Of a stretch of DNA of 41,221 nucleotides, positions 1 to 8,556 are shown in pieces. Origin of the DNA: a virus. The notes under the pieces are model-generated. The model ran no database searches, was not told the DNA's origin, and saw nothing but the letters and a program-made list of their open reading frames with translations. A program made the translations under genes and the position numbers. The stretch's first letter is position 1. The number at the start of each line of letters is the position of its first letter. The stretch covers positions 1-41,221 of IMG/VR virus record IMGVR_UViG_3300042934_000171, one strand, 5' to 3'.

Positions 1-127
1 GAGGCACTGCCGTCAACCTAGTACCTAGTGACAGTCCGCAGGATATCTATAGAAGTGTAGCTGAGAAAGTCAATGTGCTCCTTGAGAAGGATGCTAAGAA
101 AGGCACGATGGATGAGGAAGCGGAGAC
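1..127. repeat. Exact terminal overlap (1-127 = 41095-41221), indicating a circularly closed assembly
   Basis: Direct comparison of the first and last lines of the window. The 127 nt are identical, and the offset of 41,094 is a multiple of 3, so the RNAP frame is preserved. Confidence 0.95.
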
Positions 128-923
128 AACAAAAGGAGAGCCATACTTGAAGCTAGGTACAAAGACCTTGGCCCAACAATGGCTCCTCTATGGGGTCAAT
201 CGCAAGGTTACCAAGCGATGTGTTATGACCTTCGCTTATGGGTCAAAAGAGTACGGATTCAAAGGGCAAATCCTTGAGGATGTCATCAAGAAAGCCAAGA
301 ATGAACACAGGGGCGATATGTTTGTAAAACCTGTACAAGCTGCAGCGTACCTCGCCAAGTTGATCTGGAAGGTCATCCAGGAGGTCGTTGTCAAGGCAGT
401 AGAAGGCATGAACTGGCTTCAGAAGATGGCCCGGATGGTCTGCAAGGATGGAAATGTGGTTACCTGGGTGACTCCTTTAGGTCTTCCTATTCAGCAGGCC
501 TATATGGAAAGCAATATGGAGGTCTTCAGGTTGCGCTTTGGTGGGTCCATAAAGAGACTCTACTCATCTAAACCGAGCGGCAACATTGATAAGATCGCTC
601 AGGTTAACGGTATCGCTCCTAATTTTATCCATAGCTTGGATGCCTCACACCTTCAGCTCACAGTCCTTGAGGCATACGATAGAGGGATTCAACACTTCGC
701 TATGATACATGATAGTTTTGGGTCTCCTGTGGCCCAAGCTCAAGAGATGTTCCAGACAGTCCGCTATACCTTCCATAAGATGTACACGGAGAATAATGTC
801 CTGGAGAACTTCGCAAGAGATATGGATGCCTTTATCGATCCTAATGCAAGCCTTCCGGTTATCCCTGCTTGCGGAAGACTGAATCTTGAAACTGTACTGA
901 ATAGTCCGTATATGTTTGCCTAA
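1..923 (+). CDS. T7-like single-subunit DNA-directed RNA polymerase, C-terminal part (continues from 39411-41221)
   Basis: The open frame runs from base 3 in the same phase as 39411. Motifs present: TFAYGS, NFIHSLDASH, IHDSFG (motif C) and a C-terminal YMFA that resembles the T7 FAFA foot. Confidence 0.97.
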   Translation, partial: GTAVNLVPSDSPQDIYRSVAEKVNVLLEKDAKKGTMDEEAETTKGEPYLKLGTKTLAQQWLLYGVNRKVTKRCVMTFAYGSKEYGFKGQILEDVIKKAKNEHRGDMFVKPVQAAAYLAKLIWKVIQEVVVKAVEGMNWLQKMARMVCKDGNVVTWVTPLGLPIQQAYMESNMEVFRLRFGGSIKRLYSSKPSGNIDKIAQVNGIAPNFIHSLDASHLQLTVLEAYDRGIQHFAMIHDSFGSPVAQAQEMFQTVRYTFHKMYTENNVLENFARDMDAFIDPNASLPVIPACGRLNLETVLNSPYMFA

Positions 924-943
924 TGAAAGGAGAGGGAATTGTA

Positions 944-1240
944 ATGATTAAACCACAACTAACAGCCGATGATGTCTTAAAGGAACATGAAAATAAAGTT
1001 GAACAGATATTATCTATAATAGATCGTAAGATACGTATAGCGGAAAGGTTCTATGATAAGAGGCCTGCAGCCCTTACACTAAGCGAAAACATAAGGCGGG
1101 TTCTCTATCATGAGTATCACAGAGGACTCCATCTCGGTTATTTTCAGAAGGACCTGAAAGACCATAGTGAGAGAATCTTTGGGATACCTATTATTTGGAC
1201 GTTTGATACTAATAAAATCGGCGTGGTATTCTATGACTGA
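944..1240 (+). CDS. hypothetical protein
   Basis: ORF 923-1240. The ATG at 944 is preferred because a GGAGAGGG SD lies 7-8 nt upstream. No recognisable motif. Confidence 0.6.
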   Translation: MIKPQLTADDVLKEHENKVEQILSIIDRKIRIAERFYDKRPAALTLSENIRRVLYHEYHRGLHLGYFQKDLKDHSERIFGIPIIWTFDTNKIGVVFYD

Positions 1241-1243
1241 GTG

Positions 1244-1262
1244 ATTGTGACACAATAGGAGG
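1244..1262 (+). promoter_or_regulatory. Candidate phage-RNAP promoter P1 (ATTGTGACACAATAGGAGG)
   Basis: One of six + strand intergenic copies of ATTGTGACAC(A/G)A. The 19-mer is identical to the copy at 39293. It sits after the RNAP block, as T7 phi1.1 does. Confidence 0.7.
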
Positions 1263-1264
1263 AA

Positions 1265-1299
1265 AGAGGCTCACCTGATATGTAGGTGGGTCTTTCTTT
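1265..1299 (+). terminator. Hairpin plus T-tract immediately downstream of P1 (early-terminator-like or 5' leader stem-loop)
   Basis: The arm ending GGCTCACCT (1265-1276) pairs with the arm starting AGGTGGGTCT (1284-1295), including G-U pairs. The loop is GATATGT and the stem runs into TTTCTTT. Confidence 0.5.
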
Positions 1300-1330
1300 A
1301 TGCTCAAATGAAAGGAGGTGAAATAGATAA

Positions 1331-1726
1331 GTGGCAAAAGCAACAACTAAAGAATTAGTGACAGGAGCCTCTACGGTATCCTCAATAGACCTCAAGGCAC
1401 CTGTAGATGTCCTTGTAGCTCCTCAGCGATTGGACCCGATTGTCAAGGAGGTCCGCACAGGGCAAACCATCGAGATTCCTGCAGGTGGTGCAGTTCTTTT
1501 CTCGCTGGCCCCTCGGATGCTCAAGACTCCTATCAGACTTGTAGAGAACTTCATCCTGAATCGGACAGCGGCTCCTGTGAAGCAGCCTATAGTTCTCCTT
1601 GTGGACAACACAGGGATGGATGGGTTCTTCCTAACTAAAGGCGCTGTGATCGCAACCGCTGTGATCCTTAATCCTGTGGATGGTCCTAAGGAGCCTCCTC
1701 AAGTAGTATCCCCGGCAGCCGAATAA
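1331..1726 (+). CDS. hypothetical protein
   Basis: GTG start 11 nt after an AAAGGAGGTG SD. 131 aa with no recognisable motif. Confidence 0.65.
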   Translation: MAKATTKELVTGASTVSSIDLKAPVDVLVAPQRLDPIVKEVRTGQTIEIPAGGAVLFSLAPRMLKTPIRLVENFILNRTAAPVKQPIVLLVDNTGMDGFFLTKGAVIATAVILNPVDGPKEPPQVVSPAAE

Positions 1727-1753
1727 ATTATTACATTGAAAGGAGATTAATCT

Positions 1754-2374
1754 TTGAACGACAGATTTACAACTCCAGTAGGGGTTATGTCATGGGCACA
1801 CCTCAGAACTCAAGAGGAATACAAAGGGAAGCCGACAGGCCGCCACAGTATCACCATGAAGTTCCCACTGGAAGTAACCCAAGAAATCCTGAAGCAATTA
1901 GAGGGTGTCTATAATGAAATCAAAAAGTATGCCCCATGCTTCAAAGGAGCCAAGCCCGCCAAAGGGTCTAAGCCTAACTTTGGAACTAAACTAGATCAAG
2001 ATGGGGACATCGTATTCAAGTTTAGCACGCGAGCGGAAGGCAAGAACCCTAAAACCGGGGAGACCTGGAAGAAGACCATTCCGGTATTTGATGTCAATGG
2101 TAAGCACCTTGAGGTGAACATTGGGAATGGCTCCACAGGTAAAGTCTCATATGAGATTGGTCCTAAGTTTGTTGATGGGACTAAATACGGTCTTAATCTC
2201 TATCTGATTGCAGCCCAGGTGCTAAACCTCGTGGAATATACTCCAGGCACTGTCAGCGCAGAAGCCTTTGGGTTCGATGTGGCTGAAGGTGGTTTCCCTG
2301 GTGAAGAAGAGAACCCCTTTGATGATCCAGAGAATGAATTTGCAAGTCCGGGAGATGTAAGCGAAGACTTCTAA
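1754..2374 (+). CDS. gp2.5-like single-stranded DNA-binding protein
   Basis: It occupies the position between RNAP and endonuclease I. Size is about 200 aa. The acidic C-terminal tail ends in Phe (PGDVSEDF), as in T7 gp2.5. TTG start follows an AAAGGAGA SD. Confidence 0.75.
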   Translation: MNDRFTTPVGVMSWAHLRTQEEYKGKPTGRHSITMKFPLEVTQEILKQLEGVYNEIKKYAPCFKGAKPAKGSKPNFGTKLDQDGDIVFKFSTRAEGKNPKTGETWKKTIPVFDVNGKHLEVNIGNGSTGKVSYEIGPKFVDGTKYGLNLYLIAAQVLNLVEYTPGTVSAEAFGFDVAEGGFPGEEENPFDDPENEFASPGDVSEDF

Positions 2375-2377
2375 AGT

Positions 2378-2839
2378 ATGGCACTAAGAACTTTCAGCCG
2401 CACCGGAGGGTGGACAGATCATAACCCTGTAGCCTTCCGAAGTGGCCTAGAGGAGAGCATAGCTAAAAAGCTACTAACCCAAGGGGTCCCCATTGTTTTT
2501 GAGCAGTATACCATTAAGTATGTGATTCCCGCCTCTAACCATGTTTATACACCGGACTTGATTCTTCCTAATGGAATCATTATAGAGGCAAAAGGGCTTT
2601 TCGAGGTGGATGACCGCAAGAAGCATCTATTGGTGAAAGAGCAGTATCCACAGCTCGATATCAGGTTTGTTTTCAGCAATCCCAAGCAGAAAATTTATAA
2701 AGGCAGCAAGACCACTTATGCTATGTGGTGTACTCAACACGGCTTCAAGTTTGCTGCTAAGTTTGTGCCTGAGGATTGGCTCAAGGAGTCTCGCAAGATC
2801 ACTCAAGGTCTCGTAGAGAAGAAAAGGAAAGGAGACTAA
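2378..2839 (+). CDS. Endonuclease I (T7 gp3-like Holliday junction resolvase)
   Basis: YTPDLILPNGIIIEAKGLFEVDDRKKHLLVKEQYPQLDIRFVFS is nearly colinear with the remembered T7 endonuclease I core (YTPDF..PNG...E.KG....DRKK). Confidence 0.92.
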   Translation: MALRTFSRTGGWTDHNPVAFRSGLEESIAKKLLTQGVPIVFEQYTIKYVIPASNHVYTPDLILPNGIIIEAKGLFEVDDRKKHLLVKEQYPQLDIRFVFSNPKQKIYKGSKTTYAMWCTQHGFKFAAKFVPEDWLKESRKITQGLVEKKRKGD

Positions 2840-2842
2840 TAG

Positions 2843-3184
2843 GTCATCGTATCATTCAGACAACGCAATCAAACAGACTATGTATGTCTCCGCTGCGAGG
2901 AGACCAAGGGTGCATCCCAAGATACCCTATGGAGAGCCGCTCGGAGAAGTGGGGAGCTTGATGTTCCCTTTCATTTCATCGTGCAGAAGACCGGAATAGT
3001 GGAAAACGGAAGGCCACTTGAGGCTATCGCGGGGCATAAGTACCCGCACAATGACACCACTCTATATGTCCTGGTCGATGCTGAAAACCATAACGCAATC
3101 ACAGATGCTCAAAGGAAAGCCATAGCGGACCTCTTGAGAAGCATTGAAGCGCATTTCCCGAAGGTTCAAATTGTGAAAGTCTAA
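2843..3184 (+). CDS. T7 gp3.5 (amidase_2 / T7 lysozyme)-like protein, apparently catalytically degenerate and C-terminally short; start codon unresolved
   Basis: The frame is open from 2843, directly after the endonuclease I TAATAG double stop and in the same phase. LDVPFHFIVQKTGIVENGRPLEAIAGH aligns with remembered T7 LDVGYHFIIKRDGTVEAGRDEMAVGSH. The first canonical start is GTG 2981, which lies downstream of that motif. Confidence 0.55.
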   Translation, partial: VIVSFRQRNQTDYVCLRCEETKGASQDTLWRAARRSGELDVPFHFIVQKTGIVENGRPLEAIAGHKYPHNDTTLYVLVDAENHNAITDAQRKAIADLLRSIEAHFPKVQIVKV

Positions 3185-3207
3185 GGGAGTAAAGCAGGGA
3201 GAATCCT

Positions 3208-4893
3208 GTGAATCGTGAAGAGTCGGAAATCATTGAGAGGCATCTACCTTGCCCGGAGTGTGGAAGCTCTGATGCACTAGCCACATATAGTGATGGGCAT
3301 ACCTACTGCTTCTCATGTAAGAAAGTCCGCAGTGGAAGCGGCATACCTTCATCAATAGAGAGAGGATCTCGCATGGCTAAAACTTCTGCACCACTTTCGC
3401 AGGACCTCCTTGTCCTTGGACCTTTGCCAGCCCGAGGGATCATGCAGGCAACTTGCGAAAAATACAGCTACTATAAGGCAACCTATAGCGGGAAGCCTGT
3501 TCAAGTCGCGTGTTATACAAACTCAGCTAATGAAGTGTTATTTCAAAAGATTAGAGGCAAAGACAAAGACTTCTTCAGCCTCGGGAAAACCCACAAGGTA
3601 TTCTATGGGCAACACTTATATAACTCCGGGAAGAAGCTAATAGTTACCGAAGGTGAAATTGACTGCCTAACGGTATCTCAGCTCCAAGACAATAAGTGGC
3701 CTGTGGTATCCCTGCCTTTTGGTGCAGGGTCTGCCGCTGAGACCTTTAAGGAAAACCTGGATTGGCTTGAAGGTTTTGAAGAGGTCATCACCATGTTTGA
3801 TATGGACAAGGCCGGGGAAGAGGCCAGAAAGTCTGTAGAAGGCTTACTCTCTCCAGGTAAACTCTACCACGCCACCTTGCCTCTCAAGGACCCTAATGAG
3901 TGTCTTGTGAAAGGCCAAGGGGAGGCCGTGAAGAAAGCCATATGGAATGCCAAGCAGTACAAGCCGGGAGGCATTGTCAATGGGGCAGACCTATGGGATC
4001 GCCTTAATGACCACAAAAAGAACACCCATGAGATTCCTTGGCCTTGGCCTGGGATTCCCCTTCAGAACCTAACCCGAGGAATCCGTAAAGGTGAGATGAT
4101 TATGCTCACAGCGGGAACCGGGATAGGGAAGTCTACGGTATTCCGAGAGATGGCCTACTGGATGGGTGTCAAATTAGACCCTCCTATGAAAATAGGCATG
4201 GTCTTCCTGGAGGAACAAAATGAAGAAACAGGTTTAGCTCTAATGTCGCTCCATGAGAACAAGCGTTTGCACCTTGAGTGGGAATCTATCTCAGCGGAGG
4301 AGCGCAGAAAGTCCTTTGAGGAGACCTTAGGAACCGGAAGATTCGTCTTCTATGACCACTTTGGGTCTATCGATGGGGAAAGCCTATTAAACCGAATACG
4401 CTACATGGTCACGGCTGAGGGCTGTGACTTTATCTTTTTAGACCATGTGTCAATCGCTATTAGCGGTCTCGCTACTAACAACGAACGGAAAGACATTGAT
4501 GTGCTCATGACTAACCTTGCCTCGCTTATACAGGAGACAGGTTGTGGCATGGGCATTATTTGTCATCTCAAGAAAACCGAAGGACAGAAGAAGTCCTTTG
4601 AGCAAGGCGCTCAGATATCCCTGGATGACCTCCGGGGTTCAGGGACCCTTAAGCAAATTCCCAATACGATCGTGGCAGGTGAGAGGGATCAACAGACTGA
4701 GGATGATCGAGCTAAGAATCTATTTGCTATCAGGCTCCTGAAGTGTCGATTTACCGGGAAGACCGGACCCGCAGGCTACTTATGGTTTAATGAGGAAACC
4801 GGAAGGCTTGATCTTATTGACGATAAGGACGCTTTCTTAGGGACTCTTGAGGTTTCCTCTAATGGAGACCTAGGTGTTCCTTCAGAGTTCTAA
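3208..4893 (+). CDS. Bifunctional primase-helicase (T7 gp4-like)
   Basis: Zn ribbon CPECGS..CFSC, TOPRIM VTEGEIDCLTVSQ, Walker A LTAGTGIGKST, Walker B FIFLDHVS, and a C-terminal Phe. GTG start follows an AGGGAGAA SD. Confidence 0.95.
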   Translation: MNREESEIIERHLPCPECGSSDALATYSDGHTYCFSCKKVRSGSGIPSSIERGSRMAKTSAPLSQDLLVLGPLPARGIMQATCEKYSYYKATYSGKPVQVACYTNSANEVLFQKIRGKDKDFFSLGKTHKVFYGQHLYNSGKKLIVTEGEIDCLTVSQLQDNKWPVVSLPFGAGSAAETFKENLDWLEGFEEVITMFDMDKAGEEARKSVEGLLSPGKLYHATLPLKDPNECLVKGQGEAVKKAIWNAKQYKPGGIVNGADLWDRLNDHKKNTHEIPWPWPGIPLQNLTRGIRKGEMIMLTAGTGIGKSTVFREMAYWMGVKLDPPMKIGMVFLEEQNEETGLALMSLHENKRLHLEWESISAEERRKSFEETLGTGRFVFYDHFGSIDGESLLNRIRYMVTAEGCDFIFLDHVSIAISGLATNNERKDIDVLMTNLASLIQETGCGMGIICHLKKTEGQKKSFEQGAQISLDDLRGSGTLKQIPNTIVAGERDQQTEDDRAKNLFAIRLLKCRFTGKTGPAGYLWFNEETGRLDLIDDKDAFLGTLEVSSNGDLGVPSEF

Positions 4894-4919
4894 TTAAAGT
4901 GTAAAGGGAGAGGAAGTAA

Positions 4920-5033
4920 GTGGGAAAGAAACTTCGTTTTGATATTAATGGTGTCTATCTGGACTCTGTAGAGGTTCCTGATGAGGAGCCAAAAGGAGAT
5001 CCTAAGGAATCCCAGGAGGTGACTCAAGCATGA
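4920..5033 (+). CDS. small hypothetical protein (37 aa)
   Basis: GTG start after a GGGAGAGGAAG SD. The stop overlaps the next start (ATGA coupling). Too short to appear in the ORF track. Confidence 0.35.
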   Translation: MGKKLRFDINGVYLDSVEVPDEEPKGDPKESQEVTQA

Positions 5034-5809
5034 TGCCAAGTGAGAAGTTCCCAGGGTATTGCCGTAAATGCATTTATCGTGATGGTAGCTTATGTCCCAC
5101 CTGTAGAAAGCTCAATGGAGTAGTACCCTTCAGCTTTAAACCTAAAAGAGAACTTCAAGGACTTACTGCAGCTCGACTACTATTTGATGCTTTACATGGA
5201 ACTCCTCCCTTTCCCGCATGGAGAAAGCCTAAGATGATCGTGATTCTCCTCAGTGGTAAAGCAGGGTCCGGTAAGGACACCTTCTGGAATATCACAAACA
5301 ACCACTTCAGTCCTCGTGTGAAATGCTTTAGGTTGGCCTTTGGGGATGCCGTTAAGAAGCTCGCAATGGAACACGCAGGCTGGAACGGTATCAAGGATGC
5401 TCCAGGCAGGAAGCTTCTGCAGAGCCTAGGGGAAGTCGGTCGGGAGTACAATGAGGATTCCTGGGTTAATAAGATCATCCCTGCACTCAAGAGACATGCC
5501 GCTAATGGAACCCACCTCGTGTGCATCACAGATTGCCGCTACCCTAATGAGATCGAACGTATCAAGGAAATCGAGAAGGAACTCGGGACTGTAATCACGG
5601 TTCGCATTGAGCGGCCCACCAGGGAAGACCTCGGGGCAAACTCAAGACACCTCAGCGAGACCGCTCTGGATTCCTATAGGTTCACCCATACGCTATTCAA
5701 CAATGGAACCGAAAAGGAATTTGAGGAGCAGGTCCATAGGTTCCTTACGTTCCTCTCTGGTAAATCGAATAATAATCAAAAGACTGAATCGGAGTGTGAT
5801 CATTTCTAA
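5030..5809 (+). CDS. Putative deoxynucleoside monophosphate kinase with N-terminal Cys4 ribbon
   Basis: P-loop SGKAGSGKDT and ITDCRYPNEIERIK resemble the phage dNMP-kinase family. The N-terminus carries CRKC..CPTC. Confidence 0.55.
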   Translation: MMPSEKFPGYCRKCIYRDGSLCPTCRKLNGVVPFSFKPKRELQGLTAARLLFDALHGTPPFPAWRKPKMIVILLSGKAGSGKDTFWNITNNHFSPRVKCFRLAFGDAVKKLAMEHAGWNGIKDAPGRKLLQSLGEVGREYNEDSWVNKIIPALKRHAANGTHLVCITDCRYPNEIERIKEIEKELGTVITVRIERPTREDLGANSRHLSETALDSYRFTHTLFNNGTEKEFEEQVHRFLTFLSGKSNNNQKTESECDHF

Positions 5810-5810
5810 T

Positions 5811-6134
5811 ATGAAAACAATTTACTCTATGAAGACTATCGCCTCAGTGGAATCTAAAGTAGCTGCTTTAACTCAGTTTACAGTCGAAACCATTGACAAG
5901 CTGCACAGAGGCTCCCGGACCCTCCAGGTTAAACTTTCAAACCTCTGTCTGAGCCTCATAAAGATGCGAATGAATGTTCGCAAGAAATACTTCCGGTTCC
6001 TGAAGGGGTTTGCTGAGAACCAAGCCCAGGCCCGCCATGAGCGCCTTGCTTACATTGCCTTGGAGAAGGTCAAGATGGAGCAAGAAGCGGAGACCCTCAA
6101 GGAAGCCGCCGTGGAAATCTCAAGGAGAATCTAG
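5811..6134 (+). CDS. hypothetical protein
   Basis: ORF 5607-6134 trimmed to the first ATG after the upstream stop (5811). The earlier part overlaps the kinase gene. Confidence 0.5.
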   Translation: MKTIYSMKTIASVESKVAALTQFTVETIDKLHRGSRTLQVKLSNLCLSLIKMRMNVRKKYFRFLKGFAENQAQARHERLAYIALEKVKMEQEAETLKEAAVEISRRI

Positions 6135-6143
6135 GTAGACCTA

Positions 6144-8186
6144 TTGCTGATTTTCGACTTGGAGTCTGATGGACTCCTAGAGACTATCACAAAGATTCAC
6201 TGTCTAACAATCTCTAAGGTGCAGATCACCAAAGAGGAATTGTATACGCTGTCCCTGGAGGAGCTTACTTCCAGATTTACCAGTGGTCAGAAGTTTAGAT
6301 TTAGACCTGATGAAGTCCCTGAAGGTTTCCGCATGTTGCAGGAGGCCCTGGACAATGATGAATACATCTGCGGTCATAATATCATCGACTTCGACACTGA
6401 GGCTGGAACTAAGATCTTCCCGGAAATCTTTACGGTGATGCGTGAGAAGCGCCACCTTGTGCTTGATACTCTCGTCTTATCTAGGTTGGTCTATGCCAAC
6501 ATTAAGGACCTCGATGCTCCTCTATTACGCTCAGGGAAACTCCCCGGGAAGCTCTATGGGTCTCACTCATTAAGAGCTTGGGGCTATCGTTTGAATGTCC
6601 TTAAAGGAGACTTTGCTCTCCATACAGAGGAAGATGCAGAGCTATGGGCGATTTTCACGGAGGAAATGTTTGACTACAACCTTCAGGACGTAGTTGTGAC
6701 AGAACACCTGTGTGCTCGCCTGTTCGCCAAGAGGTACTCTCAGGAAGCCGTTAAGTTAGAACACGAGATCCAGTGGCTAATGTGTCAGCAGAAACGTAAT
6801 GGCTTCCCTTTTGATGTCCTCAAGGCACAAGAATTGGAGGTCAACCTCAGGGAACGCTTAGGAGTCCTTGAGACACAGCTCGTGGATGCAGCCCCGCTTA
6901 TCCCTGCTCCTGATTTTATCCCTAAGAGGGACAATAAGAGGCTCGGGTATATTGCCGGGGTTCCTGTCAAACGCTACAAGGCCTTCAATCCTAATTCCCG
7001 GCAGATGCTTGAGTACATCATCACGAAACACTTCAGGTATTACCCGGAGGACACTGACTTCTATAATGTTAGTGAGGAACTCAAGAAGACCTTAGATGAA
7101 GAGGAAATCCTCGTCAGGATTCACCAGGGGACAATCCCTTTGAAGATTGATGAGACCACTTTTAACTTCATCAAGGAAGACCCTGAGGCTCCTCAAGAGC
7201 TTCAATCTCTGGCTGCAGTCTTTGAGGAATACTACACGGTTTCCAAGAGGATAGGGCAGCTTGTGGATGGGAAGCAAGGGTGGCTTAAGAATGTCAAAAG
7301 TGATGGTGCCATCCATCATAGTGTAAATCCGAATGGCGCTGTTACCGGAAGGGCAACCCATAGTAGTCCTAATCTTGCTCAGGTTCCTAAGGTCCAATTT
7401 GGGAGTGACAAAAAGCCTCTCAAGGGATCTGAGGGTAAGTATGGGTATGACTGCAGGGAACTCTTTACGGTTCCTTCAGGATGGGTCCAAGTTGGCGTAG
7501 ATGCGAGTGGGCTTGAGCTTAGATGCTTGGCTCATTTTTTGTTTCCTTATGATAATGGCTTCTATGCTGATGCGGTAGTTCATGGGGATGTCCATACGCT
7601 CAACCAGGAAGCTGCAGGGTTACCCACAAGGGATAACGCTAAGACCTTCATTTATGCTTGGCTTTATGGTGCCGGAGATGCGAAGATCGGGAAGATTGTC
7701 AAAGGAGACAGGAGCACAGGCAAGCGCCTGAAGACCGCCTTCCTCTCCAAGAATCCCGCGATAGCTAACCTCAAGAAAGCCATAGAGACAGCCTTAGTCG
7801 CAGAGATGCACAGAGGTCGAGTCCGCAAGTGGAAGAAGAAATGGCTCAGAGGTCTCGATGGTAGACAAGTTCATGTGAGGTATCTCCATGCAGCTCTCAA
7901 CACTCTCCTACAATCTGCCGGGGCGCTCATCTGCAAAATGTGGCTAGTGCTCACCGAACGGATGCTCGTAGAAGAGAAAGGTCTAACTCATGGATGGTCG
8001 GGAGACTTCGCAATGTTAGCCTGGGTTCACGATGAGTTTCAAGCAGCCTGTAGGTCAGAAGAGATCGCTCAGATTGTCAAGGAGACCGCTCAGGAAGCCA
8101 TGAGGAAAACTGGAGAGATCTTTGGGTTCAGGGTTCAGTTAGATACTGAAGGTAAGATTGGAAGGAATTGGGCTGAGTGCCACTAA
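6144..8186 (+). CDS. Family A DNA polymerase with 3'-5' exonuclease (T7 gp5-like)
   Basis: Exo motifs IFDLESDGL, HNIIDFD, YNLQD. Pol motifs DASGLELR (A), RDNAKTFIYAWLYGAG (B), VHDEF (C). The N-terminus resembles T7 MIVSDIEANALLESVTKFHC. Confidence 0.96.
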   Translation: MLIFDLESDGLLETITKIHCLTISKVQITKEELYTLSLEELTSRFTSGQKFRFRPDEVPEGFRMLQEALDNDEYICGHNIIDFDTEAGTKIFPEIFTVMREKRHLVLDTLVLSRLVYANIKDLDAPLLRSGKLPGKLYGSHSLRAWGYRLNVLKGDFALHTEEDAELWAIFTEEMFDYNLQDVVVTEHLCARLFAKRYSQEAVKLEHEIQWLMCQQKRNGFPFDVLKAQELEVNLRERLGVLETQLVDAAPLIPAPDFIPKRDNKRLGYIAGVPVKRYKAFNPNSRQMLEYIITKHFRYYPEDTDFYNVSEELKKTLDEEEILVRIHQGTIPLKIDETTFNFIKEDPEAPQELQSLAAVFEEYYTVSKRIGQLVDGKQGWLKNVKSDGAIHHSVNPNGAVTGRATHSSPNLAQVPKVQFGSDKKPLKGSEGKYGYDCRELFTVPSGWVQVGVDASGLELRCLAHFLFPYDNGFYADAVVHGDVHTLNQEAAGLPTRDNAKTFIYAWLYGAGDAKIGKIVKGDRSTGKRLKTAFLSKNPAIANLKKAIETALVAEMHRGRVRKWKKKWLRGLDGRQVHVRYLHAALNTLLQSAGALICKMWLVLTERMLVEEKGLTHGWSGDFAMLAWVHDEFQAACRSEEIAQIVKETAQEAMRKTGEIFGFRVQLDTEGKIGRNWAECH

Positions 8187-8214
8187 ACGATTACAAAGGG
8201 AGAGGAAGACAAAG

Positions 8215-8556
8215 ATGCAATCGGTACGAATTGGAGTGCTTTGGCCTCCACCAGTATACACTAACGTATTGGAAGAATGGGCGAACCTTAGAAAAAGTCT
8301 TGAAGGCTCTCAGGAAGCACCTAAGGATGCCAAAGAAAAGCCTCAAGGCAGAACAGTAGGAATTCTTCTATGTTCATCCTGCGGTAGACTCGTAGGTGAG
8401 TCAGGAACAATCCATAGATTTGGTAATGGATACCTTTGCACTCCTTGTATTAACAAACACCCTGATAAGGACTTCTATTTGAAAATAAGTCACCTCTCCC
8501 GCAAGGATCGCCGTAAGTACGAGAAGGCAATGCGAAAGGTGGTCAAAGGGCTTTGA
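8215..8556 (+). CDS. hypothetical zinc-ribbon protein
   Basis: ATG 8215 follows an AAAGGGAGAGGAAG SD. Contains CSSCGRL...CTPC. Confidence 0.6.
   Translation: MQSVRIGVLWPPPVYTNVLEEWANLRKSLEGSQEAPKDAKEKPQGRTVGILLCSSCGRLVGESGTIHRFGNGYLCTPCINKHPDKDFYLKISHLSRKDRRKYEKAMRKVVKGL

Noticed and set aside
2776-2961. 61-aa ORF overlapping the endonuclease I 3' end and the region upstream of GTG 2981
   Set aside because: It lies in a different frame from the amidase-like homology, which is the only recognisable coding signal here. It overlaps endonuclease I by 64 nt and has no SD.
4978-4985. Other CTGATGAG occurrences (4978-4985, 21884-21891, 32036-43), checked as possible additional hammerheads
   Set aside because: All are inside coding sequence. 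I could not build stems I-III or find a correctly placed GAAA and NUH site around them. They appear to be chance matches to the core heptamer.
5607-6134. Long upstream extensions of tracked ORFs (5607, 8158, 9998, 11399, 11550, 11890, 34079, 29962)
   Set aside because: The extensions overlap the preceding well-supported genes. Internal starts with an SD or stop-start coupling (5811, 8215, 10100, 11462, 11664, 11938, 34106, 29971) give the compact, non-overlapping organisation typical of the rest of the genome.
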